Shown here: one piece after another, positions 12,736 to 23,849 of the stretch
Layout of the letters: every line of letters begins with the position of its first letter
Numbering within the stretch: position 1 is the first letter of the stretch
Assembly (NCBI RefSeq): GCF_009931435.1
Contig: NZ_CP043414.1
Source: Escherichia coli
GTDB taxonomy: Bacteria; Pseudomonadota; Gammaproteobacteria; Enterobacterales; Enterobacteriaceae
Reading direction: 5' to 3' (one strand)
DNA: 64,000 bases
Translations under genes and position numbers: made by a program
Notes under the pieces: generated by a model
Told to the model about the DNA's origin: nothing
The model's input: only the letters and a program-made list of their open reading frames with translations
Database searches by the model: none

Positions 12736-13856
12736 TCGTTGCTTTTTGTTTATATAAATATTTTCCCTTTGGCGGTTTGCAGCGCGATTTTATGCGTATT
12801 GCTCAGACAGTCGCTGCCCGAGGTCATCATGTTCGGGTTTATACCCAGTCGTGGGAAGGCGAATGCCCTGATGTATTTGAACTGATCAACGTGCCGGTTA
12901 AATCGCATACTAATCACGGGCGCAATGCGGAGTATTTTGCCTGGGTGCAAAAACATTTACGTGAACATCCCGTCGATAGAGTCGTTGGATTCAACAAAAT
13001 GCCGGGGCTGGACGTTTATTATGCCGCTGATGTTTGTTATGCCGAGAAAGTGGCGCAGGAGAAAGGCTTTTTCTATCGCTTGACGTCACGTTATCGCCAT
13101 TATGCCGCCTTTGAGCGGGCAACCTTTGAACAGGGCAAGCCGACACAGTTGCTGATGCTGACGGACAAGCAAATCGCCGATTTCCAGAAACATTATCAGA
13201 CTGAAGCGGAGCGTTTTCATATTCTGCCACCGGGGATTTATCCTGATCGTAAATATAGCCAGCAGCCAGCCAATAGCCGTGAAATCTTCCGTAAGAAGAA
13301 TGGAATAACCGAACAACAATATTTATTGTTGCAGGTCGGTTCAGACTTCACGCGTAAAGGTGTTGATCGTTCCATTGAAGCACTTGCTTCATTACCGGAT
13401 TCGCTGCGCCACAACACATTGCTATATGTTGTTGGGCAGGATAAACCGCGAAAATTTGAGGCGCTGGCAGAAAAACGCGGCGTGCGCAGTAATGTTCACT
13501 TCTTCTCGGGGCGCAACGATGTCTCGGAATTAATGGCGGCGGCGGATTTATTACTGCATCCTGCCTACCAGGAAGCGGCGGGAATTGTGCTGCTGGAAGC
13601 GATTACTGCAGGATTACCGGTACTAACAACAGCCGTTTGTGGCTATGCGCGTTATATTGTTGACGCCAATTGCGGCGAGGCTATTGCTGAGCCATTCCGC
13701 CAGGAAACATTGAATGAGATTTTACGCAAAGCGTTAACGCAATCTTCATTGCGCCAGGCCTGGGCGGAAAATGCGCGACATTATGCTGATACACAAGATT
13801 TATACAGTCTGCCAGAGAAAGCAGCGGACATCATAACGGGTGGTCTGGATGGTTGA
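12732..13856 (+). CDS. waaG: LPS core glucosyltransferase I
   Basis: ORF track 374 aa [43 protein letters not shown]... Confidence 0.95.
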   Translation: MIVAFCLYKYFPFGGLQRDFMRIAQTVAARGHHVRVYTQSWEGECPDVFELINVPVKSHTNHGRNAEYFAWVQKHLREHPVDRVVGFNKMPGLDVYYAADVCYAEKVAQEKGFFYRLTSRYRHYAAFERATFEQGKPTQLLMLTDKQIADFQKHYQTEAERFHILPPGIYPDRKYSQQPANSREIFRKKNGITEQQYLLLQVGSDFTRKGVDRSIEALASLPDSLRHNTLLYVVGQDKPRKFEALAEKRGVRSNVHFFSGRNDVSELMAAADLLLHPAYQEAAGIVLLEAITAGLPVLTTAVCGYARYIVDANCGEAIAEPFRQETLNEILRKALTQSSLRQAWAENARHYADTQDLYSLPEKAADIITGGLDG

Positions 13857-14646
13857 ACTTAAAGAGCCGTTTGCCACGTTATGGCGCGGTAAAGATCCTT
13901 TTGAGGAAGTTAAAACCTTGCAGGGTGAGGTTTTTCGTGAACTGGAAACTCGCCGCACTCTGCGCTTTGAAATGGCGGGCAAAAGCTATTTTCTCAAATG
14001 GCATCGCGGCACGACCCTGAAAGAGATAATCAAAAATTTACTCTCATTGCGGATGCCAGTATTAGGCGCAGACCGCGAATGGAATGCGATTCATCGACTG
14101 CGGGATGTCGGCGTTGATACTATGTATGGGGTGGCATTCGGCGAAAAAGGCATTAATCCACTGACCAGAACCTCGTTTATTATAACCGAAGATCTGACAC
14201 CAACCATCAGTCTGGAAGATTACTGTGCTGACTGGGCGACTAACCCTCCAGATGTTCGCGTAAAGCGTATGCTTATTAAGCGTGTCGCGATGATGGTGCG
14301 CGATATGCATGCTGCGGGCATTAACCACCGTGACTGTTATATCTGTCATTTCCTGCTGCACTTGCCTTTTTCCGGTAAGGAAGAGGAGTTAAAAATTTCA
14401 GTAATTGACCTGCACCGGGCGCAGCTTCGCACGCGCGTTCCACGTCGTTGGCGCGATAAAGATCTTATTGGGCTTTATTTTTCTTCGATGAATATTGGCC
14501 TGACTCAGCGGGATATCTGGCGGTTCATGAAGGTGTATTTTGCTGCCCCGCTTAAAGACATTCTCAAGCAGGAACAAGGGCTGCTGTCGCAAGCAGAAGC
14601 AAAAGCCACAAAAATCAGGGAAAGAACGATTCGAAAATCGTTGTAA
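13849..14646 (+). CDS. waaP: LPS core heptose I kinase
   Basis: ORF track 13840..14646; canonical start [54 protein letters not shown] at ATG 13849, overlapping the waaG stop. Confidence 0.9.
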   Translation: MVELKEPFATLWRGKDPFEEVKTLQGEVFRELETRRTLRFEMAGKSYFLKWHRGTTLKEIIKNLLSLRMPVLGADREWNAIHRLRDVGVDTMYGVAFGEKGINPLTRTSFIITEDLTPTISLEDYCADWATNPPDVRVKRMLIKRVAMMVRDMHAAGINHRDCYICHFLLHLPFSGKEEELKISVIDLHRAQLRTRVPRRWRDKDLIGLYFSSMNIGLTQRDIWRFMKVYFAAPLKDILKQEQGLLSQAEAKATKIRERTIRKSL

Positions 14647-14661
14647 TTTCCGGAGAGAAAT

Positions 14662-15678
14662 ATGAGTGCCCACTATTTTAATCCACAAGAGATGATCAAT
14701 AAGACAATCATCTTCGATGAAAGGCCAGAGGCGTCAGTGGCATCATCATTCCATGTTGCTTATGGCATTGATAAAAACTTTCTTTTTGGTTGTGGTGTTT
14801 CAATCACGTCAGTTTTGTTACATAACAACGACGTGAGTTTTGTCTTCCACGTTTTTATTGATGATATCCCTGACGCCGATATCCAGCGTTTATCCCAATT
14901 GGCGAAAAGCTATCATACCTGTATCCAGATCCATCTGGTAAATTGTGAACGGCTTAAGGTATTACCGACGACCAAAAATTGGTCTATTGCCATGTATTTC
15001 CGTTTTGTAATTGCAGATTACTTTATTGATCAACAAGATAAGATCCTGTACCTGGATGCTGATATCGCCTGTCAGGGAACCTTAAAACCGCTGATAACAA
15101 TGGATCTTGCCAATAACGTTGCTGCTGTTGTTACTGAACGCGATGCTAACTGGTGGTCGTTACGGGCTCAAAGTCTGCAGTGTAATGAACTTGAAAAGGG
15201 TTACTTTAATTCAGGTGTCCTGTTAATTAATACACTAGCGTGGGCGCAGGAGTCCGTTTCTGCTAAAGCGATGTCGATGCTTGCTGATAAAGCCGTCGTT
15301 TCCCGTTTAACCTATATGGATCAAGATATACTAAATCTTATCCTGTTAGGGAAAGTTAAATTCATTGATGCTAAATACAATACGCAATTTAGTTTAAATT
15401 ATGAATTAAAAAAATCATTTATTTGTCCAATTAATGATGAAACCGTATTAATTCATTATGTCGGCCCGACAAAACCCTGGCATTACTGGGCCGGTTATCC
15501 AAGCGCGCAGCCATTTATCAAAGCCAAAGAAGCATCGCCATGGAAAAATGAACCGTTAATGCGGCCAATTAACTCAAATTATGCTCGTTATTGCGCTAAG
15601 CATAATTTTAAACAAAATAAACCAATTAACGGGATAATGAATTATATTTATTATTTTTATTTAAAGATAATAAAATGA
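14662..15678 (+). CDS. waaO: glycosyltransferase family 8, LPS outer-core alpha-1,3-glucosyltransferase (R1-type WaaO)
   Basis: ORF track 338 aa; GT8 signature (FHVAYGIDKNF..., LYLDADIACQG, HYVGPTKPWHYWAGYP); first of three GT8 paralogues after waaP, the R1 core-type order. Confidence 0.75.
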   Translation: MSAHYFNPQEMINKTIIFDERPEASVASSFHVAYGIDKNFLFGCGVSITSVLLHNNDVSFVFHVFIDDIPDADIQRLSQLAKSYHTCIQIHLVNCERLKVLPTTKNWSIAMYFRFVIADYFIDQQDKILYLDADIACQGTLKPLITMDLANNVAAVVTERDANWWSLRAQSLQCNELEKGYFNSGVLLINTLAWAQESVSAKAMSMLADKAVVSRLTYMDQDILNLILLGKVKFIDAKYNTQFSLNYELKKSFICPINDETVLIHYVGPTKPWHYWAGYPSAQPFIKAKEASPWKNEPLMRPINSNYARYCAKHNFKQNKPINGIMNYIYYFYLKIIK

Positions 15679-15694
15679 CATTGAGAAAAGTTAA

Positions 15695-16690
15695 ATGAAT
15701 GAATTTATAAAAGAACGGTTTTCGTATTTAGCAGATAATAAAAAAGAAAACGTCCCAGAGCTAAATGTTTCCTACGGTATCGATAAGAATTTTTTGTATG
15801 GTGCTGGCGTTTCAATTTCTTCCGTTTTGATTAATAATTCAGATATTAATTTTGTCTTTCATGTTTTCACTGATTATGTGGATGATGATTATTTAAAGTC
15901 ATTTAATGAAACAGCAAAACAATTTAATACCTCAATTATTGTATATTTAATTGACCCAAAATACTTTGCTGATCTACCGACGTCACAGTTTTGGTCGTAC
16001 GCGACATACTTCAGGGTATTGTCCTTTGAATATCTGAGTGAAAGTATTTCCACACTGCTGTATCTGGATGCCGATGTCGTTTGTAAAGGAAGTCTGAAAC
16101 CTCTCACAAAAATTATATTTAAAGATGAGTTTGCTGCGGTTATTCCTGACAATGATAGTACTCAGGCGGCATGTGCAAAACGTCTTAACATTCCCGAAAT
16201 GAATGGACGTTATTTCAATGCAGGCGTTATCTATGTCAATCTTAAAAAATGGCATGAAGCAAATTTGACACCGTATTTACTCAAACTTTTACGAGGGGAA
16301 ACTAAATATGGCTCTCTTAAATATTTAGATCAGGATGCGTTGAATATCGCATTTAATATGAATAATATCTACCTTGCGAAGGATTTTGATACTATTTATA
16401 CCCTGAAAAACGAACTTTATGATCGTAGTCATCGAAAGTATCAGCAAACCATTACCGATAAAACAGTGTTGATTCACTATACAGGGATAACTAAACCATG
16501 GCATAGCTGGGCTGGATATCCGTCTGCATCATACTTTAATATCGCGCGTGAACAATCTCCCTGGAAGAAATATCCTCTTAAAGAGGCGCGGACTGTTGCA
16601 GAAATGCAGAAACAATATAAGCATCTGTTTGCCCATGGTGAGTATATAAAAGGCATAACTTCATTAATTAAGTACAAGCTTAAGAAATAA
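15695..16690 (+). CDS. waaT: glycosyltransferase family 8, LPS outer-core alpha-1,2-glycosyltransferase (R1-type WaaT)
   Basis: ORF track 331 aa; GT8 motifs (VSYGIDKNF, LYLDADVVCKG, HYTGITKPWHSWAGYP). Assignment to WaaT by position in the R1-type order. Confidence 0.7.
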   Translation: MNEFIKERFSYLADNKKENVPELNVSYGIDKNFLYGAGVSISSVLINNSDINFVFHVFTDYVDDDYLKSFNETAKQFNTSIIVYLIDPKYFADLPTSQFWSYATYFRVLSFEYLSESISTLLYLDADVVCKGSLKPLTKIIFKDEFAAVIPDNDSTQAACAKRLNIPEMNGRYFNAGVIYVNLKKWHEANLTPYLLKLLRGETKYGSLKYLDQDALNIAFNMNNIYLAKDFDTIYTLKNELYDRSHRKYQQTITDKTVLIHYTGITKPWHSWAGYPSASYFNIAREQSPWKKYPLKEARTVAEMQKQYKHLFAHGEYIKGITSLIKYKLKK

Positions 16691-16699
16691 ATTACTCTT

Positions 16700-17392
16700 A
16701 TGATTACAAGTATACGTTATCGCGGCTTCTCATTTTATTACAAAGATAATGATAATAAATATAAAGAAATCTTTGATGAAATACTGGCCTATAATTTTAA
16801 AACAGTAAAAGTATTACGTAATATTGATGATACCAAAGTATCGTTGATTGATACGAAATATGGTCGCTATGTTTTTAAAGTCTTTGCTCCGAAAACGAAA
16901 AGGAATGAACGTTTTTTAAAATCTTTTGTAAAAGGTGACTACTATCAGAATTTGATCGTTGAAACCGATCGTGTCAGAAGTGCAGGTCTTACTTTTCCTA
17001 ATGATTTTTATTTTCTGGCTGAGCGTAAAATTTTCAACTATGCCAGTGTTTTTATCATGCTTATCGAGTATGTCGAGGGCGTAGAGCTCAATGATATGCC
17101 GATTATTCCAGAAAATGTTAAAGCAGAAATTAAGGTTTCAATGGAAAAATTGCATGCCTTAAATATGCTATCGGGCGACCCACACCGGGGTAACTTTATC
17201 GTTAGTAAAGATGGTGTCAGGATAATTGACCTATCCGGTAAAAGCTGTACGGCAGAGCGTAAAGCTCGTGATCGTCTGGCCATGGAACGTCACCTGGGTA
17301 TTGCCAACGAAATAAAAGATTATGGCTACTATTCAGTAATCTACAGAACCAAACTACGCAAATTTATTAAAAAATTAAAAGGCAAAGCGTAA
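16700..17392 (+). CDS. waaY: LPS core heptose II kinase
   Basis: ORF track 230 aa MITSIRYRGFSFYYKDNDNKYKEIFDEILAYNFKTVKVLRNIDDTKVSLIDTKYGRYVFKVF...; kinase-like HRGNFIV / IIDLSGK motifs. Confidence 0.85.
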   Translation: MITSIRYRGFSFYYKDNDNKYKEIFDEILAYNFKTVKVLRNIDDTKVSLIDTKYGRYVFKVFAPKTKRNERFLKSFVKGDYYQNLIVETDRVRSAGLTFPNDFYFLAERKIFNYASVFIMLIEYVEGVELNDMPIIPENVKAEIKVSMEKLHALNMLSGDPHRGNFIVSKDGVRIIDLSGKSCTAERKARDRLAMERHLGIANEIKDYGYYSVIYRTKLRKFIKKLKGKA

Positions 17393-17417
17393 ACCACACA
17401 GTCAAAACGGAACCAAC

Positions 17418-18446
17418 ATGGATTTATTAGCTGAGAGTATTACTGAAGTCGCTGTCTCTGGGGAAATTGCTAACACCGATCGTGTGTTAAATATCGCTTA
17501 CGGTATTGACCGTAATTTTTTATTTGGTGCGGCAGTATCTATGCAATCAGTTGTTATGCATAACCCGGACCTTGCGGTTAAGTTTCATCTCTTTACCGAC
17601 TACATTGATGAAGATTATCTACAACGTGTTAACGCTTTTACCAGCAAAAATGCTAACGTTGAAGTAAGAATTTATAAAGTCTCCAGTGCCTTTATTGATA
17701 TCTTCCCCAGCCTGAAACAGTGGTCTTATGCAACATTCTTCCGTTTAGTTGCGTTCCAGTATCTGAGTGAAACTATTGAAAATCTGTTATATATCGATGC
17801 TGATGTCATCTGTAAAGGCTCATTAGCTGGATTGCTTGATATTAATTTTGACGGCGATAAGTTTGCAGCTGTTATTAAAGATGTGCCTTTTATGCAGGAA
17901 AAACCAGCGAAGCGTCTGGCTATAGAGGGACTTCCAGGGAATTATTTCAACGCTGGTGTAGTATATCTGCAGCTTGAAGCATGGTCGAAAAATGATTTTA
18001 TGAACAAAGCCATTGCTATGCTGGCAAGTGACCCGCAGCACACGAAATATAAATGCCTTGATCAGGATATTTTAAATATTCTGTTCTTTGGTCATTGTAT
18101 TTTTATTAGCGGCGATTATGATTGCTTTTATGGCATTGACTATGAGTTAAAAAATAAAAGCAATGAAGATTATAAAAAGACCATTACCGATGATACTAAG
18201 CTGATTCATTATGTTGGCGTAACGAAGCCCTGGAACGACTGGACAAATTATCCCTGCCAGAAGTATTTTAATGAGGCTTATCAGGCTTCTTGCTGGAATG
18301 ATGTGGCGTTTATTCCAGCCACGAATGAAAAGCAGTATCAAGTGAAATACCAACATGCAAAGAAAAATGGTGATACGTTTAACGCTTTCATTTACTTCAT
18401 TAAATTCAAATTAAATAAGTATAAAAGAAAACTATTTGGGCAATAA
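17418..18446 (+). CDS. waaW: glycosyltransferase family 8, LPS outer-core alpha-1,2-galactosyltransferase (R1-type WaaW)
   Basis: ORF track 342 aa; GT8 motifs (IAYGIDRNF, LYIDADVICKG, HYVGVTKPWNDWTNYP). Assignment by position after waaY. Confidence 0.7.
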   Translation: MDLLAESITEVAVSGEIANTDRVLNIAYGIDRNFLFGAAVSMQSVVMHNPDLAVKFHLFTDYIDEDYLQRVNAFTSKNANVEVRIYKVSSAFIDIFPSLKQWSYATFFRLVAFQYLSETIENLLYIDADVICKGSLAGLLDINFDGDKFAAVIKDVPFMQEKPAKRLAIEGLPGNYFNAGVVYLQLEAWSKNDFMNKAIAMLASDPQHTKYKCLDQDILNILFFGHCIFISGDYDCFYGIDYELKNKSNEDYKKTITDDTKLIHYVGVTKPWNDWTNYPCQKYFNEAYQASCWNDVAFIPATNEKQYQVKYQHAKKNGDTFNAFIYFIKFKLNKYKRKLFGQ

Positions 18447-18524
18447 AAATCATGGATGTCTGAGTTACAATAATAATTAAGGATGAGTACTATCATATTT
18501 TATTAGTTCAGGCAAGAGAACACG

Positions 18525-19508
18525 ATGAGCAATGATTACCCTTTAGTATCCATAATAATACCGACGTATAATTCATCTGATTACATTACTGAAACTCTAA
18601 CGAAATTAGAAAAACAAACTTACCCAAATTTTGAAATTGTTATTGTTAATGATGGTTCTAAAGATAACACATCAAACGTTTTGAGAGAGTATGGGTTAAC
18701 CCACTCGCAATTAATTATTATCAATAAAGAAAATGGCGGTGTTTCGTCTGCCAGGAATACAGGTATCCGCAAGGCGCAAGGACAGTTTATATGTTTTATG
18801 GATGATGATGATGAGATAGATCCTAACTATCTGCTGAAGATGTATTCCAGACAACATGAGACGGGAGGGGATGCGATTTATTGTGGGCTTTATGGCCATC
18901 ATATAAAAAATGGTGTTACTTACTCACCTATAAATACAGAGTTTAATGAAGGGTCTTTACTTTTCGACTTTTTTTATAAAAAGGTCAGATTCCATATAGG
19001 GTGCTTGTTTATAAGAAAACAACTCCTGGAAGATAATAATCTTTTTTTTGATGAAGATTTACGACTAGGAGAAGATCTGGATTTTATCTATCGACTGCTA
19101 ATTACATGCGATATGTATGCGGTTCCATATTATATGTATAAGCATAACTATAGAGAAAATTCCTTAATGAACTCATGTAGAACCATCACTCATTATCGAC
19201 ATGAGTCATTTGCGCACGAAAGAATCTACTCTTCTGTGATGCAGTTATACAAAGGTAACCGGAAAGAAGAAATTCATACATTATTGAGTAAAAATAGAAC
19301 TTATCATAAAACTCGTTATTTATGGAATGTTCTACTTAATGGCGATTTTGAATTATTAAATCAATTAGTTGAAAGCAATGAAAAAGAATTGAAAGATTGT
19401 AATCTTCTTGGCAAGAGAGATAAGAGGCGAGCAAAAATATTAGCATCAAAAAACTATATTCTCTGGAGGATGGTAAGACTGGTAAATAGAAAAAAGAATA
19501 AACGTTAG
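18525..19508 (+). CDS. waaV: glycosyltransferase family 2, LPS outer-core beta-glucosyltransferase (R1-type WaaV)
   Basis: ORF track 327 aa MSNDYPLVSIIIPTYNSSDYITETLTKLEKQTYPNFEIVIVNDGSKDNT... (GT2 fold motif, DDDDE). Assignment by position before waaL. Confidence 0.7.
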   Translation: MSNDYPLVSIIIPTYNSSDYITETLTKLEKQTYPNFEIVIVNDGSKDNTSNVLREYGLTHSQLIIINKENGGVSSARNTGIRKAQGQFICFMDDDDEIDPNYLLKMYSRQHETGGDAIYCGLYGHHIKNGVTYSPINTEFNEGSLLFDFFYKKVRFHIGCLFIRKQLLEDNNLFFDEDLRLGEDLDFIYRLLITCDMYAVPYYMYKHNYRENSLMNSCRTITHYRHESFAHERIYSSVMQLYKGNRKEEIHTLLSKNRTYHKTRYLWNVLLNGDFELLNQLVESNEKELKDCNLLGKRDKRRAKILASKNYILWRMVRLVNRKKNKR

Positions 19509-19553
19509 GTCTTCCATTAAATAACCCATCCTCGTAGCATAGGTTGAAATTAT

Positions 19554-20807
19554 ATGTCGTTTTGTTGGAATGAAATTAACTCTGGTGTCAAGTCTTTAAC
19601 TCTCATATTATGTATGTTGTCTTTAATGACTTTGTCTTTGTGGGATGATGTTGCAACAAAGTTTCTTCATGCAGCTGGAATTATATCTGCATTATATTTT
19701 CTAGCGACACCAAAAAAAACAATAACTAATAATCCTACGTTGTTAATTTTCATCTCATTATGTCTTTTGGGTATCGTTAATATCATCTGGTATTCACATT
19801 ATAAAGTTTCAGGCTCGGTTTATACCAATGCATATCGTGGCCCAATGGAAACTGGAAAAATTGCCTTGTGTAGTGCTTTTATTTTCTTAGTTCTTTTTGC
19901 TAAAGATGAGATGAGAACCAAAATAAAATTTGGGAAACTAATTCTGTTCGCATCCCTGGCAACGCAGTTACTTTTTTTTGCGCATGCCATGTGGCAACAT
20001 TTCTATTTAAACGTCGACCGTGTTGCATTATCAGCTTCCCACGCTACAACAGCAGGCTACATCATCCTTTTCCCTTCTTTACTGGCATCAATTCTCATTT
20101 TAAAATCCGACTTTAGACATAAAACAACATTATATACAATTAACTTCATGCTTAGCTTATGTGCTGTTATAGTAACTGAAACGCGTGCAGCCATATTAGT
20201 GTTTCCATTCTTTGCGTTACTATTAATCGTAATGGATAGTTATATTAATAAGCGAATTAATTATAAGTTATATTGTTTTATTGCGATTGCATTATTAGCA
20301 GGTGTATTTTCTTTTAAAGATACATTACTTACGAGAATGAATGACTTAAATAGGGATTTAGTTAATTATTCGCATGATAACACCAGAACTTCAGTCGGTG
20401 CCCGTCTGGCAATGTATGAAGTTGGTTTAAAAACATATTCTCCAATAGGACAATCACTGGAAAAACGCGCGGAAAAAATACATGAACTAGAAGAGAAAGA
20501 GCCTAGATTAAGTGGCGCTTTACCCTTTGTAGATTCTCATTTGCATAACGATCTCATAGATACGTTATCAACGCGTGGTATTCCTGGAGTAGTATTAACA
20601 ATTTTAGCCTTTTCAGCAATATTCATATATGCCTTAAGAACTGCTAAAGAACCTTATATTTTAATCTTGCTTTTTTCACTACTGGTAGTAGGCCTAAGTG
20701 ATGTAATACTCTTTTCTAAACCGGTTCCGACTGCTGTGTTTGTCACCATAATATTGCTTTGTGCTTATTTTAAAGCACAATCGGACCAATGTTTATTAGA
20801 TAAGTAA
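19554..20807 (+). CDS. waaL: O-antigen ligase
   Basis: ORF track 417 aa, polytopic membrane protein with a late periplasmic loop; last gene of the operon before convergent waaC. AT-rich like the rest of the central waa genes. Confidence 0.85.
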   Translation: MSFCWNEINSGVKSLTLILCMLSLMTLSLWDDVATKFLHAAGIISALYFLATPKKTITNNPTLLIFISLCLLGIVNIIWYSHYKVSGSVYTNAYRGPMETGKIALCSAFIFLVLFAKDEMRTKIKFGKLILFASLATQLLFFAHAMWQHFYLNVDRVALSASHATTAGYIILFPSLLASILILKSDFRHKTTLYTINFMLSLCAVIVTETRAAILVFPFFALLLIVMDSYINKRINYKLYCFIAIALLAGVFSFKDTLLTRMNDLNRDLVNYSHDNTRTSVGARLAMYEVGLKTYSPIGQSLEKRAEKIHELEEKEPRLSGALPFVDSHLHNDLIDTLSTRGIPGVVLTILAFSAIFIYALRTAKEPYILILLFSLLVVGLSDVILFSKPVPTAVFVTIILLCAYFKAQSDQCLLDK

Positions 20808-20821
20808 TGAATATGTGAAAT

Positions 20822-20845
20822 AAAATCAGCAAGGAAGCTGATTTT
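20822..20845. terminator. bidirectional intrinsic terminator between convergent waaL and waaC
   Basis: AAAATCAGC-AAGGAA-GCTGATTTT: 9-bp stem flanked by A-run on one side and T-run on the other. Confidence 0.6.
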
Positions 20846-20876
20846 ATTTCAAAATTATCTATTAAAGAGTTGTAAT

Positions 20877-21857
20877 TTAAATCATGGCAGCTTTTTCAGC
20901 GTTTTCTTCAATGAATTGCTTAACAGCATTTGCTGTCAATTGAGACAACTCATTCCCCGGTGCCCTACATACCATCTGATTCTTCCCATACCCGCCAATT
21001 AATCCCGGATCGGTTGGCCCATAAACCGTGATATTCGGTCGATCCAGTGCTGCAGTTAAATGGCTTAATCCTGTATCGACTGACACAACAAATTTAGCCC
21101 CCGCCAGCACACAAGCAACGCCTTCCAGACTCATCTTCGGCAATACTTCAACATAAGCAAATCCTTCCGCCAGTCTTTTTGCCCGCTCTTCTTCATGCGG
21201 CGCGCCCCACGGAAGTTTAATGCGAATCCCTGAATCTGCCAGTAAACCAATCAACTCTCGCCAGTGTGCTTCCGGCCAGTGTTTATCATCACGGGTTGTT
21301 GCATGAAGAAATACGGCATATTCGCCAGCATCTGTTGGCAGGTTCGTCAGGAAATGCTGCGCAATAGCATAATCGCCCTGAGTCTGCGGTTTGCTATAGC
21401 CCAGACTTTTGGCAAACAGTTCGCGGGTGCGTTCTACGGCGTGCTGCTGTTTTGCAATATGATGTTTACGATTGTAAAACAGGCTGGCTAAAGGTTCGCG
21501 TGCGGTTTGCCAGTCCATTCCATGCTTTACGCCATGCGCCAGACGCGTAACTAGTGCCGCGCTTTTTACCAGCCCCTGAGCGTCGATAACTGCGTCATAG
21601 TTCTCTGCTTGTAGCGCTTCACGAAACGCTTTGCGTTCAGCTTTTATGGGGGCCGAGAACCAGGCTTTACGCCAGCGACGTATTGCCACAGGAATAACTC
21701 GCTCAACGGCGGCGTGCCAGGAAGGAATTTGTGCGAACCCTTCTTCCACCACCCAGTCAAACTTAATCCCCGGGATTGCCTGCTGGGCATCAGTGAGTGC
21801 GGGCAACGTATGGAGAACATCGCCCATCGACGATGTTTTAACGATCAAAACCCGCAT
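20877..21857 (-). CDS. waaC: LPS heptosyltransferase I
   Basis: ORF track 326 aa MRVLIVKTSSMGDVLHTLPALTDAQQAIPGIKFDWVVEEGFAQIP... Confidence 0.92.
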   Translation of the reverse strand: MRVLIVKTSSMGDVLHTLPALTDAQQAIPGIKFDWVVEEGFAQIPSWHAAVERVIPVAIRRWRKAWFSAPIKAERKAFREALQAENYDAVIDAQGLVKSAALVTRLAHGVKHGMDWQTAREPLASLFYNRKHHIAKQQHAVERTRELFAKSLGYSKPQTQGDYAIAQHFLTNLPTDAGEYAVFLHATTRDDKHWPEAHWRELIGLLADSGIRIKLPWGAPHEEERAKRLAEGFAYVEVLPKMSLEGVACVLAGAKFVVSVDTGLSHLTAALDRPNITVYGPTDPGLIGGYGKNQMVCRAPGNELSQLTANAVKQFIEENAEKAAMI

Positions 21858-21860
21858 CCG

Positions 21861-22907
21861 TCAGGCTTCCTCTTGTAACAATAGCGCGTTGAGTTCTTCC
21901 AGTACGCGCTGGGGAGTAATGTCGATCAAGCTCTGGTGATAACCCTCCGCAGCATCACCTTTACGCACTTTGTGATAGCCGGTAATCAGGCGGATCACGC
22001 GCGCTTTATGGGATAGTGGCGGTGTGAAGTCCGGGCTACTCGGACCATACAGGGCAACCAAAGGACGATTGAGCGCCGCCGCAACGTGCATCAGGCCAGA
22101 ATCGTTAGTGACAATGGCTTTACAGGCTGCAATCAGGATAACCGCTTGATCAAGCTGTGTTTCCCCCGCCAGGTTCCGGCACCATGCCTGCTGCTCGGTA
22201 TTCAAAGCGGCAAGAATCTCATTGCCCGCTTCATGATCTTTCGCCGAGCCAAACAGAACCACCTGATAACCTTCATCAATCAGCTGCTTTGCCAGCTCAG
22301 CATAGTGGTAGTGTGGCCAGCGTTTTGCCGGACCAAACTCCGCCCCCGGGCAAAAGCCAATCATCGGACGTTCTGATGAGAGCGAAAATTGATTACAGGT
22401 ATATGATTTTTCACCTTCGCTCACCTGCAACTGCGGCCATAACAATGGCTGCGGCAGATCTTGTGCGGTACGCATAATGCCTTTGTCATAGGCCAGCGCG
22501 ACATAGCGTTCCACCATTAGCGGCCAGGCTTCTTTATCGAGCACGCGTACATCGTTAAGTAAACCGTAGCGCATCTCGCCGCGCCAGCCGGTGCGATGAG
22601 GAATACCCGCGAAGAAAGGCACTAATGCGGACTTGAAGGAGTTGGGTAAGACGTAGGCGCGGTCGTAGCGCTTTTCACGCAGACTATGACCCAGTTTGCG
22701 GCGTTCGCCGATTTCCAGCGCTCCGTGACCGAGAGGCATAGGGATAGCTTCGTTAACTTCCGGCATCCGCGATAACAATGGACGGCACCATGCCGGTGCC
22801 ATCACGTCGATTATCGCCTGGGGATAGCGCGCCTGGAGCGTGCGATAGAGACTTTGCGACATCATCATGTCGCCAACCCAAGACGGGCCGATCACCAGTA
22901 TTTTCAT
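21861..22907 (-). CDS. waaF: LPS heptosyltransferase II
   Basis: ORF track 348 aa MKILVIGPSWVGDMMMSQSLYRTLQARYPQAIIDVMAPAWCRPLL... Confidence 0.95.
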   Translation of the reverse strand: MKILVIGPSWVGDMMMSQSLYRTLQARYPQAIIDVMAPAWCRPLLSRMPEVNEAIPMPLGHGALEIGERRKLGHSLREKRYDRAYVLPNSFKSALVPFFAGIPHRTGWRGEMRYGLLNDVRVLDKEAWPLMVERYVALAYDKGIMRTAQDLPQPLLWPQLQVSEGEKSYTCNQFSLSSERPMIGFCPGAEFGPAKRWPHYHYAELAKQLIDEGYQVVLFGSAKDHEAGNEILAALNTEQQAWCRNLAGETQLDQAVILIAACKAIVTNDSGLMHVAAALNRPLVALYGPSSPDFTPPLSHKARVIRLITGYHKVRKGDAAEGYHQSLIDITPQRVLEELNALLLQEEA

Positions 22908-22916
22908 GCAGAGCTC

Positions 22917-23849
22917 TTATGCGTCGCGATTCAGCCAGGCCATGTATTCCGTTACACCTTCAGCAACGGTTTTGAACGGTTTGTCGTAACCCGCCGCGCG
23001 CAGATTCGTCAGATCTGCCTGAGTGAACGCCTGATAGCGGCCTTTCAGTTTATCCGGGAACGGAATGTATTCGATCTGGCCTTTCTTGTGATAAGCAAGC
23101 GTAGCATCTGCTACTGCCTGGAAGGATTCTGCACGACCGGTGCCGAGGTTGAAGATGCCGGAAACGCCGTTTTCCAGGAACCACAGATTCACATCAGCCA
23201 CGTCGCCCACATAGACGAAGTCACGTTTGAAGTTCTCGCTACCTTCGAACAGCTTCGGTGATTCACCGTTGTTAAGCTGAGTGTTGAGATGGAAAGCGAC
23301 GCTCGCCATGCTGCCTTTATGGCCTTCACGCGGTCCATAAACGTTGAAATAGCGGAAGCCAACAATCTGCGAGTTCGCTTCTGGCAGGATTTGGCGAACA
23401 TATTCATCAAACAGGAATTTTGAGTAACCGTAGACGTTCAACGGTTTTTCGTACTCGCGGGATTCAATAAAGTCGGAGGTGCGACCGCCGTAAGTGGCCG
23501 CGGAAGAAGCGTACAGGAACGGGATTTCGCGTTCCAGACAGTAGTGCAGCAGCTCTTTGGAGTATTGATAGTTGTTATCCATCATATACTTGCCATCCCA
23601 CTCGGTGGTGGAAGAGCACGCGCCTTCGTGGAAAATCGCTTCGACATCGCCGAACTCTTCGCCAGCCATAATCTGGATCAGGAAGTCTTCCTTATCCATA
23701 TAGTCCGCGATATCCAGATCCACCAGGTTCACAAACTTGGTGCCGTCTTTCAGGTTGTCCACCACCAGAATATCGGTGATGCCTTTGTCATTCAGGGCTT
23801 TAACGATGTTGCTGCCGATAAAGCCCGCGCCGCCGGTAACGATGATCAT
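22917..23849 (-). CDS. hldD: ADP-L-glycero-D-manno-heptose-6-epimerase
   Basis: ORF track 310 aa [39 protein letters not shown]... (Rossmann GxGxxG). Confidence 0.95.
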
